Assembly (NCBI GenBank): GCA_951406725.2
Contig: OX597834.1
Span: 1,736,001-1,800,000 of the forward strand
DNA length: 64,000 nucleotides
Reading direction: 5' to 3'
Origin: Octopus vulgaris
Lineage: Eukaryota
In this document: positions 1 to 13,755 of the stretch, piece by piece
Numbering within the stretch: position 1 is the stretch's first letter
Layout: each line of letters starts with the position of its first letter
Made by a program: the position numbers and the translations under genes
The notes under the pieces: generated by a model
What the model saw: only the letters and a program-made list of their open reading frames with translations
Databases searched by the model: none
Told to the model about the DNA's origin: nothing

Positions 1-209
1 ATAAAGGAATAAACAAAATGTTTCCACGCATCATTTGAGTGACATCGCTTTTTCATGTCCACGAAAGATCGTCTTTGGTAGTTACTTGTCATCTATACGA
101 AACCATGGTATTGGCTTACACAACCATACATTTGCACAGACACACGCGCACGAACATGCTTATATATACATACATACGTGTGTAAGGTGGTAGGGCTGTA
201 ATATGTATT

Positions 210-299
<90 letters not shown>

Positions 300-381
300 G
301 GTCCCGGGTTGAGTCTGGGTTAACCACAGTAAATAAGGTACTCAATACATAGCAGAGTAAATTAATTTATTTTATAGAAGG

Positions 382-432
382 AGCTTCTACAGGACTAGAA
401 CTGTTTCATTCAAATGAAATCATCAGGAAGCT
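382..432 (-). ncRNA. Type I hammerhead ribozyme motif (mirror copy on the minus strand)
   Basis: Same motif read on the minus strand of the palindrome, here with a fully paired stem III ACAG/CTGT. Confidence 0.65.
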
Positions 433-479
433 TCCTGATGATTTCATTTGAATGAAACAGTTCTAGTCTTGTAGAAGCT
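429..479 (+). ncRNA. Type I hammerhead ribozyme motif (PLE-type)
   Basis: Stem I AGCTTC/GAAGCT; core CTGATGA (435-441); weak stem II TTC-attt-GAA; GAAA (454-457); stem III ACAG/TTGT with an 8-nt loop; GTA cleavage triplet (471-473). Confidence 0.65.
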
Positions 480-492
480 CCTTCTATAAAAT

Positions 493-556
<64 letters not shown>

Positions 557-889
557 TGTATAGTGAGGTTGTGTGTATACATACATGTATACATATAAAG
601 ATACAGAAGTACATAAAATGCGTAACAAGGTGGAAAAACTAGTACTCCAATACCAAAGTTAGAGTAACATACTATTAGAGGGCGAAACAAAATCTTCACA
701 AACTCTTAATCCGTGTTTCACGTGATCGATCGTCGGACAGTTACAATTAAAATAAATGTGTGTGTGTGTGTGTGTGTTATCCGCAGATAACAATCTGTAG
801 TAAAAAAGAATGAGCTGTCTTTGGCTGCTATTTCTAAGTTTTTGGTATGTGGTGAAGCAACTTGTTGCTTAACACTTAATTATATTTAA

Positions 890-979
<90 letters not shown>

Positions 980-981
<2 letters not shown>

Positions 982-1105
982 GACAGGCTTCTTTCAGTTT
1001 CCATCTACCAAATCCACTCGCAAGGTTTTGTAGCAGAAGACACTTGCCCAAGTTGCCACGATGTGATTGGAAAGCCAAGTTCTCACCACACAGCCACTCC
1101 TGCGC
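980..1105 (-). mobile_element. Partial tRNA-derived SINE (family A)
   Basis: Reverse complement of the ...ggagtggctgtgtgg...ttgggcaagtgtcttct...gatttggtagatggaaactgaaagaagcc sequence also seen at 37609-38000. Confidence 0.75.
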
Positions 1106-2131
1106 TCTATACCTGTAGCCTTTTAGACAACACTGAATGTATAGACGGACGTAAACATCTTGCCCTTGCGTACAATATGTTGTTGCACACAAAAAGTGGG
1201 ATCTGCCGGCCTAATCTCAGTCCTTTGTTAGGATTTCGTCATTGACTCTCTTCAACTGTCTAAAGAGATGCCGTTTATGACATCACTGTTGCTAAGAACT
1301 TGGTAATATATGCAAATTAGGCTATCCCCTGATATGCAAATAGACTAAATGAGAAGCTGACACTTGTTTGTTGTTTGGTGAAGTTGAGTACGTCTTCCCT
1401 GAGGAGTGGTCAACAACCTGTTAACGCTCCGTTAGGAAACTCTTTCCCCACTTCCATCCACAAATCTACAGTACAGAAAGTAAGGGTTTTACATCCTTCT
1501 TCACCCTAAAAGGACGCAGTATAATATTTAAATTTATTGCAGTTTTTCCTGTGAACAACATATTGCGCATAATGTGTGTGTATATGTGTATGGAAACAGA
1601 GTCATGAGTATATATATATACATGTATGTATGTATGCATATGTGTGTATCTATATATACGTATGTGTGTATATATGCGTGCGTGTGTGTATATATATATA
1701 TACGTATATGTATATGTGTGTGTCCATGTGTGCGTGCGTGTGTGGCTTCTATAAATGAGAGAATGTGAGTTCATTTATAATATATTCATACAGTTAAGGT
1801 GGGCGGGGTGGAGGGGGAGCGCTTTAATTCCGGTTTTAAACTTGAAAGCAAGATGGTTTCTCTGGCTGCTTAGTTAAACATTAGTCCGTTAAGTGGTTGG
1901 CAAGTTACCAAAGAAACCGGCGATAACGCAATGTCGGATTAAAGGTTCAATTAAGATTTGTAAGCATTTTCAAAAGGGAACCTAAAGGAAATGAAGCGTA
2001 CACATGGAGTTGGCCATTCAGCAAAGTGGGATGGAGATGGGATCCGAGTCGCATCACTGGGTTTGCTTTTGTTTTTCATAGCATCACATTAAAGTTGAGA
2101 GAGGAGGGACTATGAGTTAATATGGTATGGT

Positions 2132-2400
<269 letters not shown>

Positions 2401-2967
2401 AGGACAGCATTATCCAATGTTTGCTGTAACGTAATTTGAGATGCTGTTCCGTGTGAGGTCAGGTGAAACAGCTGCACTTCTCTCACGGTTTCCATTGAGT
2501 GCAACAGTTGAATGCATTTGTGCCACTGCACTCACAAATGCGCGAGACATTAGAGTGACAGACAGACAGTGCTTTGCAGTATTTGTATCCCGTCTCTACA
2601 CTCAGAGATCAAACCCCGCCGTGGCCAGCTTTACGTTTCGTTCTATCGGGGTCAATAAATAAAGTTGAAACCATTACTGGCTTCGATTAGTGTCCTTTCT
2701 TCTTTGGAACAAATCTGTAGCTAAAACCTGGAGAGGGATGAATGCCACCATGTTTAAGTTATTCAAGACACGTAGTATTAACGCGATGTCGGTCTTACAA
2801 CGCCATCAGATGTTGCAGGGACCGGGAAGGACAGGTTTTATTCTGTTGAGTTTTACGTCTTTTTGTGGTGTCCTGTACGTATATATATTTATATATGCAT
2901 GTATATATACATGTAGATGTCGGTACGTACATATATGTTTGTATGTATGCATATATTTTATTTATTA

Positions 2968-3058
<91 letters not shown>

Positions 3059-3064
<6 letters not shown>

Positions 3065-3763
3065 GCGGTGAATAAATTGTCGCCTAAATTACGCAAAAAT
3101 GAAAATAACACTGACATATCATTTTAACAGATATATTTACCAAAATTACTTTTAAATATCTTGAAATGCTAAAGAGTAAATTTATTCAATAAAATCGCGA
3201 TTGGCTTCAACCACGTCCTCCACACGACTTTGGAATCTCCTGCAACTCTTCTGGACGGTTTCCTTGTTTGAGTTGGTGAATGCTGCCATAATCCTTGCCT
3301 TCACTTCATCTTTGGTGTTACAAGGAGTTTTGTTGGTCCCTTACTCAACTGCGCTCCACACATAATAATCAAGGGGGTTGCAGTCTGGGAAGTTAGGTAA
3401 CCAGATGTTAGGGGTGATGTGGTCGAAGAAATTTTCTGACCACCATGACTGGGTTCTCCTGCTTGTGTGGCATGGTGCAGAGTCCTGTTGCCAGATATGA
3501 GGTCTTCCAGTAGCCACCCTGTTGACCCAGGGCAGCACAATCTCTTCCAGGCACTTGATGTAGGCCTCCGTGTTGAGTCTAAGACCGTGAAGGAAGATGA
3601 ATGGAGGCATAATGTTGCCATCACTGGTGATCACTCCAAACTCCATGATGTTGATTGGCTGTTTGATTTTTATCACTCTCGGTACATGTTTTGGGGACAC
3701 GGCAAGCCAACGGTTGTTCTGCGCTTTACCCATCTGATCATGGCAGAAATTTTTCTCGTGCAA
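3059..3763 (-). mobile_element. Truncated Tc1/mariner-superfamily transposon with a DD37D (maT-type) transposase fragment
   Basis: ORF 3341-3763 contains WQQDSAPCH...WLPNFPDCNPLDYYVW with 37 residues between the last two Asp. A terminus-like gggtgcggtgaataaattgtcgcc abuts the (TA)n tract at about 3060. Confidence 0.85.
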
Positions 3764-3926
3764 TAGAATTAATATTTGATTTTTCTCTCTGAAGAATTTC
3801 CACTAGGGAGGTATCTTACGTTTTTAACCGTCGAATGCAATTTTGTAATTCCTATTCGCAAATGAAATATGCATAATGGTGAATAAATAATACAGAGTAA
3901 TTTTCTACCTTCTTGTTTTGAGATAT

Positions 3927-4148
3927 ATATATTATTTGTTTCAGTCATTTGACAGCGGCCATGATGGAGCACCGCCTTTAGTCGAACAAATCGATCCTTG
4001 GAGTTATTCTTTGTAAGCATAGTACTTATCGGTCTCTTTTGCCGAGCCGCTAAGTTACGGGGACGTAAACACACCAAAATCGGTTGTCAAGCGATGATGG
4101 AGGGACAAACACAGACACACAAACATACATACACACACACACACACAT

Positions 4149-4216
<68 letters not shown>

Positions 4217-4372
4217 GACGGGCTTCTTTCAGTTTCCGTCTACCAAATCCACTCACAAGGCTTTGGTCGGCCCGTGGCTATAGTAGAAGACAATTGCCCA
4301 AGGTGCCACACTGAACCTGGAACCATGTGTTTGGTAAGCAAGCTACTTACCACGCAGCCACTCCTGCGCGCC
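3927..4372 (-). mobile_element. Near full-length tRNA-derived SINE (family A)
   Basis: Head GGCGCGCAGGAGTGGCTGCGTGG with a B-box-like GGTTCAGT, internal TA/CA microsatellite and tail ...gactgaaacaaat. Homologous to the copies at 34158, 37609, 47205, 55700 and 59400. Confidence 0.85.
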
Positions 4373-5575
4373 TATACAACCACTGAATCTACCTCCTCAG
4401 AATTATCCCAATCTGACAATCCCCTCAGAATATCCTTTTATCATTACCCCCCTCTGTACCCATACTTGTTATACGCCTGTGTAATTCTATCATACAACTC
4501 GTGTTATACGATATATAATTCCATTCTATAAATCTTGTTCTACCCGTCTTGAGAATCTGAGCCGTTCGCTCTTGGAGAATAATAATAATGTCGTTATTGT
4601 TCGGAATTGTAATGGTTAGAAAATCAAAAGGAGAGATTTCACATAAATAAGAATAAATCTTTCCGTTTCTGCTTCAGAACAAAAACGAGAATGTCAGAGA
4701 TAAATATTGTTTGGAATTTTCCGCTGAGTTTTTCAAGTTCCCAGCTTGAAGCTGAAAATCTAAGTGACATTTTGCATTTTAGCACAGGTTCTTAGAAATG
4801 TCAAAATTCTTGAAGAATCACTGAAGTGTATTAAACAGATTTGATGAAAAGTTGTTCAGTTTTACAGGAAAACGTCCTTGGTTGGTCAACAAAGTCTTGA
4901 AATATTTTCCAGCTAAAAACGTTTTCCATTGTTCCTGTAATGGCGGTTTAAACAGGAGATAAACATGGCTGGGTTGTTGTTGTCGTCTGAACTTGTTCTT
5001 ACTATATTCAATAAAACTGTTAACCCTTTCTCAGACATTAATATAAGTAAACGCCAAAGTCGTTTGGTTATTTTGGGGTTGGCTCGATTTGTTGAGAAAA
5101 AAGGGCATGTTATATAGGGTTTGACGGTATGGGTACAAAGAGGGTAATAATGAAAGGATACTCTGAGGGGATTGTCACATTGGGATAATTCTGAGGAGAC
5201 AGATTCAGTGGACAATGTCCTAGTTGAATGAATTGTTTGGAAACATTTCTCATTAAAACGGCAAATATTGAAAATAGACAAAGAGGGATAATAGAAAGCA
5301 GATAAATGCTGTGGGATAATGGGGGATCGACAGACACGGTGGGATAACATTGATGGGTAGAGAGTATGGGATAACGGAAAGGAGATACGTGGACAGAGCG
5401 GGGATAGTGTTGAGGAGAGAGATGCGGTGGATCATTGTGAGTGGTAAGGAATATGGAATTGATGTTGTTCTTCTTCTTCTTTTAACCCCAAGTCATTCCT
5501 GATTCTCCAGACCTATTATCAATAGCGCTCCAGCCATGATCTTCTCGCTCTTCCTTCTCTAGTTTATGTCAAGAT

Positions 5576-5785
5576 ATCGGTTTCAAATTTTGACACGAAG
5601 CCTGCAATTTCGAGTCAGTGGGTGAGTCAATTACACCTACTCCCATTGCTTAACTGGTACTTACTTTACCGACCCTGAAAGGATGAAAGGCAAAGTCGAC
5701 CGCGACCGAATTTGAACTCCGGACTTAAAGACGGACGAAATGCCGCTAAGCATTCTGTCCGACATGCTAACAACTCTGCCTTACT
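5576..5785 (-). mobile_element. tRNA-derived SINE (family B)
   Basis: Reverse complement of ...gagttcaaattc...gtcgactttgcctttcatcctttc.gggtcg.taaa...gtaccag, shared with the copies at 26295, 41358 and 58850. Confidence 0.8.
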
Positions 5786-7180
5786 TTATGTCGAGGTATT
5801 GTCGTTACGTGTTTGCCCGAAAAGACTCGCCATGTTCGGCCAGATCCAAGAATATTCTCTTCCTTTTTAACCCGAAAAAGATTAAGTGTGGTGTCATTGA
5901 AATTTAAATATTCCCCATTCAATCTCAATGCAGTCCATCTGTAACTATTTTATATTTAAGAGATCTTTAGTCTTAATTACTCTTCCTCATTTTGCTATTA
6001 TCATCTTAATTTGTGAACCATCTTCCTGTGTAACACCCACCCAGCACCTCACACCTTGTCCTTGGGTGGTACTGCTCCTTTATCAGAGTTCATTCTGTTG
6101 TAAGTCCTTTGAGCGCATCTCCGTGATCCCTCCATTCCACTAATCTCGGAGACCCTCGAAACTGCCATGGATGTTGTCCTGTCTTCTGTGGATCTCTCAT
6201 TTAAAGAATAATCACTTTTAAGTCAACTCTACAGATTTTCTATAAAATTCAGAGTCAGCACTGGCAGTTACAAATGTTTCATATACTAATACGTCTAATG
6301 TAAGCAATGCGATTAAAAACAGAAAAACAGGCAATGGGTGTATATACACATTTCAGAAGTGATTGCTTTTTCATCAGAACCGTATTCAATCCATCAACAC
6401 TCTCCATGATCACATTGCTCAAATAACCACTAAGTTTAGCGGGGTAGACCAATTCCACATATTAAACACACGCCTGGAAACTGGTACGTATATACTAATT
6501 ATTGGTGGGGACAGCGTATTTTGTTATACATCCATGATATATTACCAAGTATGTTAAAGGATTATAAGGCAATACTGTGTCCAACATTTTTTGCGTTAGT
6601 TGACCAGGGATTGCTTCATGTTTCAAACGATCGTGAATTTCATTTTTTTTCTGTGTGTCCCCCGCCTCCCAGAAATTGTGGCACCCTCTTACTCTTCCTG
6701 TGTCTCCCCTTTGTCACAAGAAGATGGAGTGATACGTTTAGCTGTTAGAGGGAGAGGGTGTTCCTGTCAATTGGTTTCTGAGACAGATAATTTGACAGAT
6801 TCCCAGGTCTCTCGTGAAGCAGGAATTGGTGTTGTGCTGCTGTCGATCTTTCTCCTCTCCCTCTGACTCCCCACACCATTATCACCATTGGTCTTGACCA
6901 AGAGAAGTGAGTCATTCGTGCGCCAGGTCAGCTCCTATCACTGAGAGTTGAGTAGCGCCCCCTACATGTTTTAGAACTCTGGCAGGTAATGAACGCCAGA
7001 CAGGGTCTGCTGCTCTTCGCCATCTTCTTTTCCTTTCATCTTCTCCTGTTCCTCATATCAAATTCCTTCAAATAAGAGTTGGAATATATCAAATTGTACC
7101 AATTCCAAATACAATAACCGACATATAGTACGTTGTTGATATTTACGTCGCAGAAAATATTATCAAACATCTGTGCTATA

Positions 7181-7299
<119 letters not shown>

Positions 7300-8324
7300 C
7301 TGTCTGTTTATATATTTGTGTCTGTCCATATATCTAACCGTCTGTCCGTATGTCATGTTGTCCGTCTATTTGCTTGTATCTTTCCCCTCTCCCCCACCCC
7401 ATCTGTCTACCCGTGTCTCTGCTAAATGCCTATACTATTTTGTCGTTGACATTTTATAAGACAGTTAAAAATTCATATAAAATAGCAGAGCTATTTGTCT
7501 CGAAGAGTTAAATTATATCATTCAATGAATAATATCACACAGTAACAAATTATATCATTGTCTAGTGGTATCATACAATAATAATGTAATTTATCATTAA
7601 CACTAGCATACCCGTGTCGTCAAAAATGCAGACAGTTTTATCAATGATAGAGAATAGTGCATTAAAACAATAGGAGAAGCCATTGATAAATATCAGCGTT
7701 CAAGTAAATATATTTACTTAAAGAGAATTGAAGTACTTCAACAATCAGATACGGTTGTAACGCCTTGCTTGAAAATATCATCATCCATGTAATATAGATC
7801 TATGTGTGCGCTTGTGTGTATGCATGTATGTATATATGTATGTATGTATGTATGTAGGTAGGTAGGTAGGTAGGTAGGTAGGTAGGTAGGTAGGTAGGTA
7901 GGTAGGTAGGTAGGTAGGTAGGTATATGAAATGTCTACTTTCCCATGCTCGCATTGATTAGACACAGATTTGATATAACTGGATGCCATTGCCATCAACA
8001 CTGCCAATTTCCATTGCAGTTTGTTGAAGCTAAAAGTCATAGACTTCACGGCAAAAATTACTTCCCCTTTACTTTCAGTTTACTTTTATAAATCCCCCAT
8101 ACTGAAGGATTAGCCCAGTGAGTATATATATGACGGGTCGTGTTCTGTCCTTACCTTCGAAACACGCATTGAGTCGATCCAGGGACAGCTGATGAAGGGG
8201 AATATTCTTTGTATTGTTTGTCTTGTACCCTGTTTTTTCGTTGTTAAAAAAAGTCCGTTTCCTAGTTTGTTTTTATGTTTTCGTTTCTTGTTGTGTTCTA
8301 CGTTTATTTGTGGTGTCCTGTACT

Positions 8325-8356
<32 letters not shown>

Positions 8357-8679
8357 TACACACACATATATATATATATATAAATATATATAAATAAATA
8401 TATATATAAATATATATATATGCATGTATATATACATGTAGATGTAGGTACGTACATATATGTATGTATGTATGCATATATTTTATTTATTAAATTATTG
8501 TATGACTGAGCGCCATCGCGTCGTTTCGTTTCTTTCCTTTCTTTTCTCCAAGTAACTTTTTATATATAATTAAGACGCGAACTATGTAATCCTTTGCTTG
8601 ACCTTTCCTTCCTTCCTGTCTGTCTTCCTCTTTGCCTGTCTCTCTCCTTCTTATTTTTCACCCGTTCTGGTTTCCTTTC

Positions 8680-8787
<108 letters not shown>

Positions 8788-10628
8788 ATCTCTCTCACAG
8801 CCGAGTCGACTACCTACTTCTTTTCACTGGCAGCTTTCTACAAGTCAACATGAAACATTTATTTTTCCATGGTTTCATGGATCAGGAACATTTTGTATAA
8901 CTGGATACCAACTTTCATTTGCTTCCTAGTAAGGTAATAAATATTTGATCATGCCCAGACATGACTATATGAAAAACTGGAAGCAAACATCACCCCTTGA
9001 CAATGACACTCTCTTAAAACTCCTGCCGGTAGTAATTTGGCTATTGGTCCGTGATAAACTGCTTTGATGATCGATGATACTATCATCACGGAGCTTTCTA
9101 CTAACATATCCATGCGTAGTCTCCTGCTCATATAGGTTCATCCTTTCATCTGAGGATATGTTGCAGTAGAGTCGTGCGACTTCTTTGGGCATGTATTCTA
9201 GGTTATCAAAGAGTGTTACTCAAGGAGCTGTCTTCCAAGTCCTATGATGTTATCAGCCTCATGTGTGCAAACTTGGTCAAGGGATGCACTTCGACACTCG
9301 GTGGTTAAAACATGTTGCCGAAGGGATATGATGCAACATTCAAAGACATTTTGGATCGATGTTAAGCCTCTGCCACCCTATGTATGCCTTGTATGCCTAT
9401 CTATGTATGTATGTATGTATGTATGTATGTATGTATGTATGTATGTATGTATGTATGTATGTGCGTGTTTGCATATGTCTGTACATTGAATGTGTGCACA
9501 GGTACATGTGACCCCTGTGTGGGTGCATTAGCCTGTTAACATTTGTGCGTGTGTATATGTGTGTGCACGTGTGCGTGTGTATGTACATTCAATTTGTACT
9601 TTAACGCATGTGTATATATGTATGTGATGTGTATGTGTTTGTATGTGTGTGTGTTTATTACATGAGTGTGTTCATATATGTGTGTGTGTATGTATATATG
9701 CAGATGTTCGCGTATGCGCATGTGTGGTCACTTAAGTAGATCCTCCACACGCCCGTTCACTGAAACTATCAATACTGATCAATATAGACATTAAATCCCT
9801 AATCGATACAGCTAATAATGAATGGTGAAATCCCTAATCGATGTGCGATATGATTCTTCTCCATTATCGAACATATTGGCGTTTGGCTTTTGTCCAAACC
9901 AATCCTGGCAGAAGACTTATCGCTCTTTTCAGAAATATGGCTGACTTCCTGCCTTCACCACCTTACTCCTTCTCCTCCTCCTCCTCCTGTTTTACAATTA
10001 TCGTTATCAATATAATATTACCATAATAATTCCCATTATCGATATCATTGATAATTAGAGCGAAAATGTGTCTTAGTCTATCTAAGACAACATTAACCAA
10101 TGTCCCAGTCTATCTACAACTACATTACCCAATATGTCCTAGTGTATCTAGGACTACATTAACTCATGTGTCCTTCCCTCTTGATGTACTTACTGTTGTT
10201 CATCCCTGATCAAAGAGATCTGTTATCAAAGGCTTTCCACTTGTGACCATTCTGTCTTGTTGCCAATCATTAATTACATTGTCCAGCATGTCCTATAATT
10301 TAAGTATTATCTAAAAAATGTTTTTGTTGTTATTTCTGGACGCCCAATAAAGGTTTCCTCGAATTTCTCGTTTCTAGTTTTGGTCATCCATCCACTGAAA
10401 ACTCGATTCATTAAGATACAGAGGCCAGGGTAGGGCTGAAGTGAATGAGTGATGTTGATGCCTTGCCCAGCAACGAAGAGAGGAAGCTCATGACCAGGCG
10501 TTGAACAAGAACTTCCGGTTAATATTGTCCGACTGTAGGAACATAACTATAAACAATAATTAGTAATTATATATTTATGAAAGGATGGTCATGGTAGTGA
10601 GGGAGGGGAAGGATATTGGGCGGGGTTG

Positions 10629-10681
<53 letters not shown>

Positions 10682-11039
10682 GGTGGTGGTGGTCGTCGTC
10701 GTCTTCGTCGTCGTTGTCGTCGTCATAGTTGTTGTTCTCGTTCTTGTAGTAAATCACTGTGTTCTAGAAGACGATAGCAATGTAGAGAGACAACTAAATA
10801 TCAAAAATCCACAACAGGCAAGATACTGAAATGTTATTTTAGAAATATTGAATTAGTGCTGATATTTCGAGTTAAACGCTCATCTTCAAGAGCTTTAAAG
10901 AACAAGACACAAATGTAAACTGTGACAATTTTGTTGGTATTTTGAACCCTTGTGAGCGACATTCAAATTACCACAGGTTTAGAATTGTAGAAGTTTAGGA
11001 CTGTAGAGATTTGTGAATTATTTTTAGTCTAAGTATCGA

Positions 11040-11635
11040 GCGTGCTGGAGGTATCTTTTTTTTTTCTTTTTAAAGCACAATGAGGCTATAAACCGCGTAC
11101 ATAGTTCAATATTGAAAATAATCACAAAAACGAGGCAATAAACCTCTCACTATTTTTTACATTTTGTAGACTCTTTTTTAGTACAAACGTCCAATATTTC
11201 AAGTTTTCCGTCAGATCAGGCTCTTTGCTTCATCGAAGCATCTATTCGGTTCCAGGCCGGACCACTTGGCCATATATCTAAAGGGGTCCGCTGGGAAGGA
11301 ATTCATTATCCTGCACAGATCGTTGTCCCATAAGACCTCCGCAGGCAAAGAAATTAATTTTCGGCCGAAAGGTACTCCTGGCCAATAATCCACAAAGAAT
11401 ACAACAATTTCTCACAATTATGTGAGACAACACACACGTCTCCAAAAAGCTCCGAATCCAGTAAGGACTCCTTTCCTGTTCAAAAAAATAAAACCAACAG
11501 GCAACAAATCCTACTGGACTCAAAGAGCAAAAAGTCTTACCTAACGGTAGAGCGTCTTTCAGTTCAATTTTCGCCAGCTGCACACCAGCGTGACGACTTC
11601 AAGGGCACAGAGAAGAACACTGAACAACCGGAACC
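11040..11635 (-). mobile_element. Possible 5' fragment of a second related retroelement in tandem
   Basis: Begins ggttccggttgttcagtg, resembling the ggttgaacagtg start of the 11651-13556 element, immediately after the duplicated site. Left boundary uncertain. Confidence 0.35.
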
Positions 11636-11650
11636 GGAAGCAAGCTTCTT

Positions 11651-13556
11651 TATTTCATTTAATTTGCCACAAGGGCAGCACACAGAGAGAAGCTTGTGGT
11701 CTGGACATGGACAAGATGAGATGAAATGAAACAAGATGATGCGGATGAGAGGGATGTCGGCGCCCACCGACCGACAAACCCTCGAATACAAAGTTTCTTA
11801 CAACAATACAAAGTTTTTTACAACAATTCTCCTTGTCAGGTCCCCCAAGCAATGAGACTTGCCGCCTGCAGACAACTCTGCATCGACAAGTCGGGGCCTG
11901 CAAAGAGGAAAGCAAATTCTTCCTTGTCAGTTACTACCTCCGCAGACCGAGTACACACGTTCTCGGTCACCCAAGCCGTCCAAAAATTTACTCACCGTCC
12001 CTCCCTTGTGGTAAAGGAGGAGAAACACCTTCTCTTCACAGGAAGGGACCTCACACTGCTCCGTCAGTGGCACACTTCCCACTCACAGATCCCTATCCGC
12101 AGGTGGCACACATCCCACCTGCGGCTCCGTCGGCGGCCCAGGAACATCCGCCGACCGTACTCTGCTACTCTTTTTCCTCTTTCTTTTTGAGGCTGCGGGA
12201 GCAGGGGGCTGCGTCGACAGACGCGGGGGGTCGGTACCCTCCTCCGCCGCCTGAACATTCTTTGGTGAGCAACCATTGTTACTCACCTTTCTTTTTCTTT
12301 TCGTGGAGGCAACTTCCTCCACGACTTCCACCGTCTCCCCCTCCAATGAGGGGGCGGCGGGCACCTTCTCTTTCTCATGCTCCAGGGCCCCACCACGGCC
12401 CCCTGGACAGTTCCTTTTGATATGGATAGGCTCCAGGCACAGGTGACACTTGGGAGGGGCGTCCTTCAAGTATCACCGGCCATTTTAGGAAATCCGGAAA
12501 CATCATGTCTCCCACGGCCACCGGGGTCCACAGGGTCAAAGTTGCCTTTGACCCCTCCCAGTCGACCGCGGGATTAATCTTCACACTCAATAGTCTGGGC
12601 CCGCTTCCCCCAGGCCTCACCGGATGGTCTTCTCGATCCATCCCGCCTCCGTGCCCGGAGGCAGCCCGCACACCCAGGCTCTTCTTATCTTCCTCCCACA
12701 ATAAGTGGGGAGGAACAAAATCTCTTCTCCCTCAAGGGGCTCACTTGCAAATCTGCCAGCTTCCTCGGGGGTACCAAACAGCAACCAGACCGTTGCAAAT
12801 TTGGTCCCCCGTGAAATAAAATTTATAGTTGGCAGGTAGTCTGCCAACTCTCTCTCTCTATCACGCTCTTGTCGAAGAGGGCGATGGCACCACATGACCT
12901 AGAATAGGTCCGTAGTACCACCGTCCTCTTCTCAAGATCTTTAATCCACTGTTTGGGTGGGACCACCTCCCACTCCAAAACAGCGGCACCGTTTGTTTTT
13001 GCCATGTGCAAAAAAGAAAGTCTTAAAAGTTCCAAAAAAAGTTAAAAGTTCAAAGAGAATGCAAAAAAAAAAAAAATAACAAACAAAAAACAAAAAACAA
13101 AAACAAAGTAAGTCCAAAAATTAATTAATAGTTCAAAGGGAAGGAAAAAATCAGGAAGGATAAACGGAAAAAATAAAACAGTTCACACAGCAAAAATCCA
13201 ATCTCCTGGTCAACGGGTAATCCCGGCCTAATGTGGATAGGTTCCTTTTTTGTTGTCCGGTAATTCAAACACAATACAGCCAACGGTAGATGCAACAGCA
13301 ACAGGTTCTATTCGGGCGGGGATACGCCCCTCCAAAAATGAATACAATAATTCTCAATACACAAAAACAGCAGCCGCCGAGAGCAGGCGAAATTGTCCCA
13401 GAGCTGGGCACAATTTACTGAAAAAATATAATTCGCACGCAATAAATTATGCCCAACTCACAACAAACAAAATCACCTACCTCGGCAACCTTCTCTGTTT
13501 TTGTTCTTTTTTCTTTTAAGGACGGAGCTCAAAGCTCACGTCCTCACTGTTCAACC
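11651..13556 (-). mobile_element. Non-LTR retroelement (Tx1/L1-like) with a frameshifted gag-like ORF1 and no recognisable RT
   Basis: Overlapping minus-strand ORF pieces 12823-13035, 12617-12895, 12375-12701 and 12083-12469 join into an ORF1-like protein with a CCHC knuckle (CHLCLEPIHIKRNC). The element is flanked by a 15-bp direct repeat ggaagcaagcttctt (11636-11650 and 13557-13571) and has an A-rich 3' end. Confidence 0.7.
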
Positions 13557-13755
13557 GGAAGCAAGCTTCTTACCACACGGCCATGCTTACTAAATGTAAA
13601 TATATGCATGTATATATATAAGTTTGTTTGTGTATGCATGCATGCATGCATGCATGTATGTATGTATGCATGTATGTATGTATGTATGTATGTATGTATG
13701 TATGTATGTATGTATGTATGTATGTACATAGGTAGGCATGTAGGTAGGTATGTAG

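Larger units (their letters stand above)
366..495. repeat. 130-bp near-perfect palindrome centred on AAG|CTT (430/431)
   Basis: Arms 366-430 and 431-495 are reverse complements with a single mismatch (392/469). The segment lies between (TA)n tracts. Confidence 0.95.

Noticed and set aside
1311-1342. Two ATGCAAAT octamer motifs close together
   Set aside because: No nearby gene or other promoter evidence.
3998-4531. 177-aa ORF and similar ORFs at 34169-34504 and 37516-37840
   Set aside because: They run through SINE sequence; the shared peptides reflect repeat homology.
11726-12819. Plus-strand ORFs of 104-195 aa
   Set aside because: Antisense shadows of the GC-rich minus-strand retroelement ORF1.
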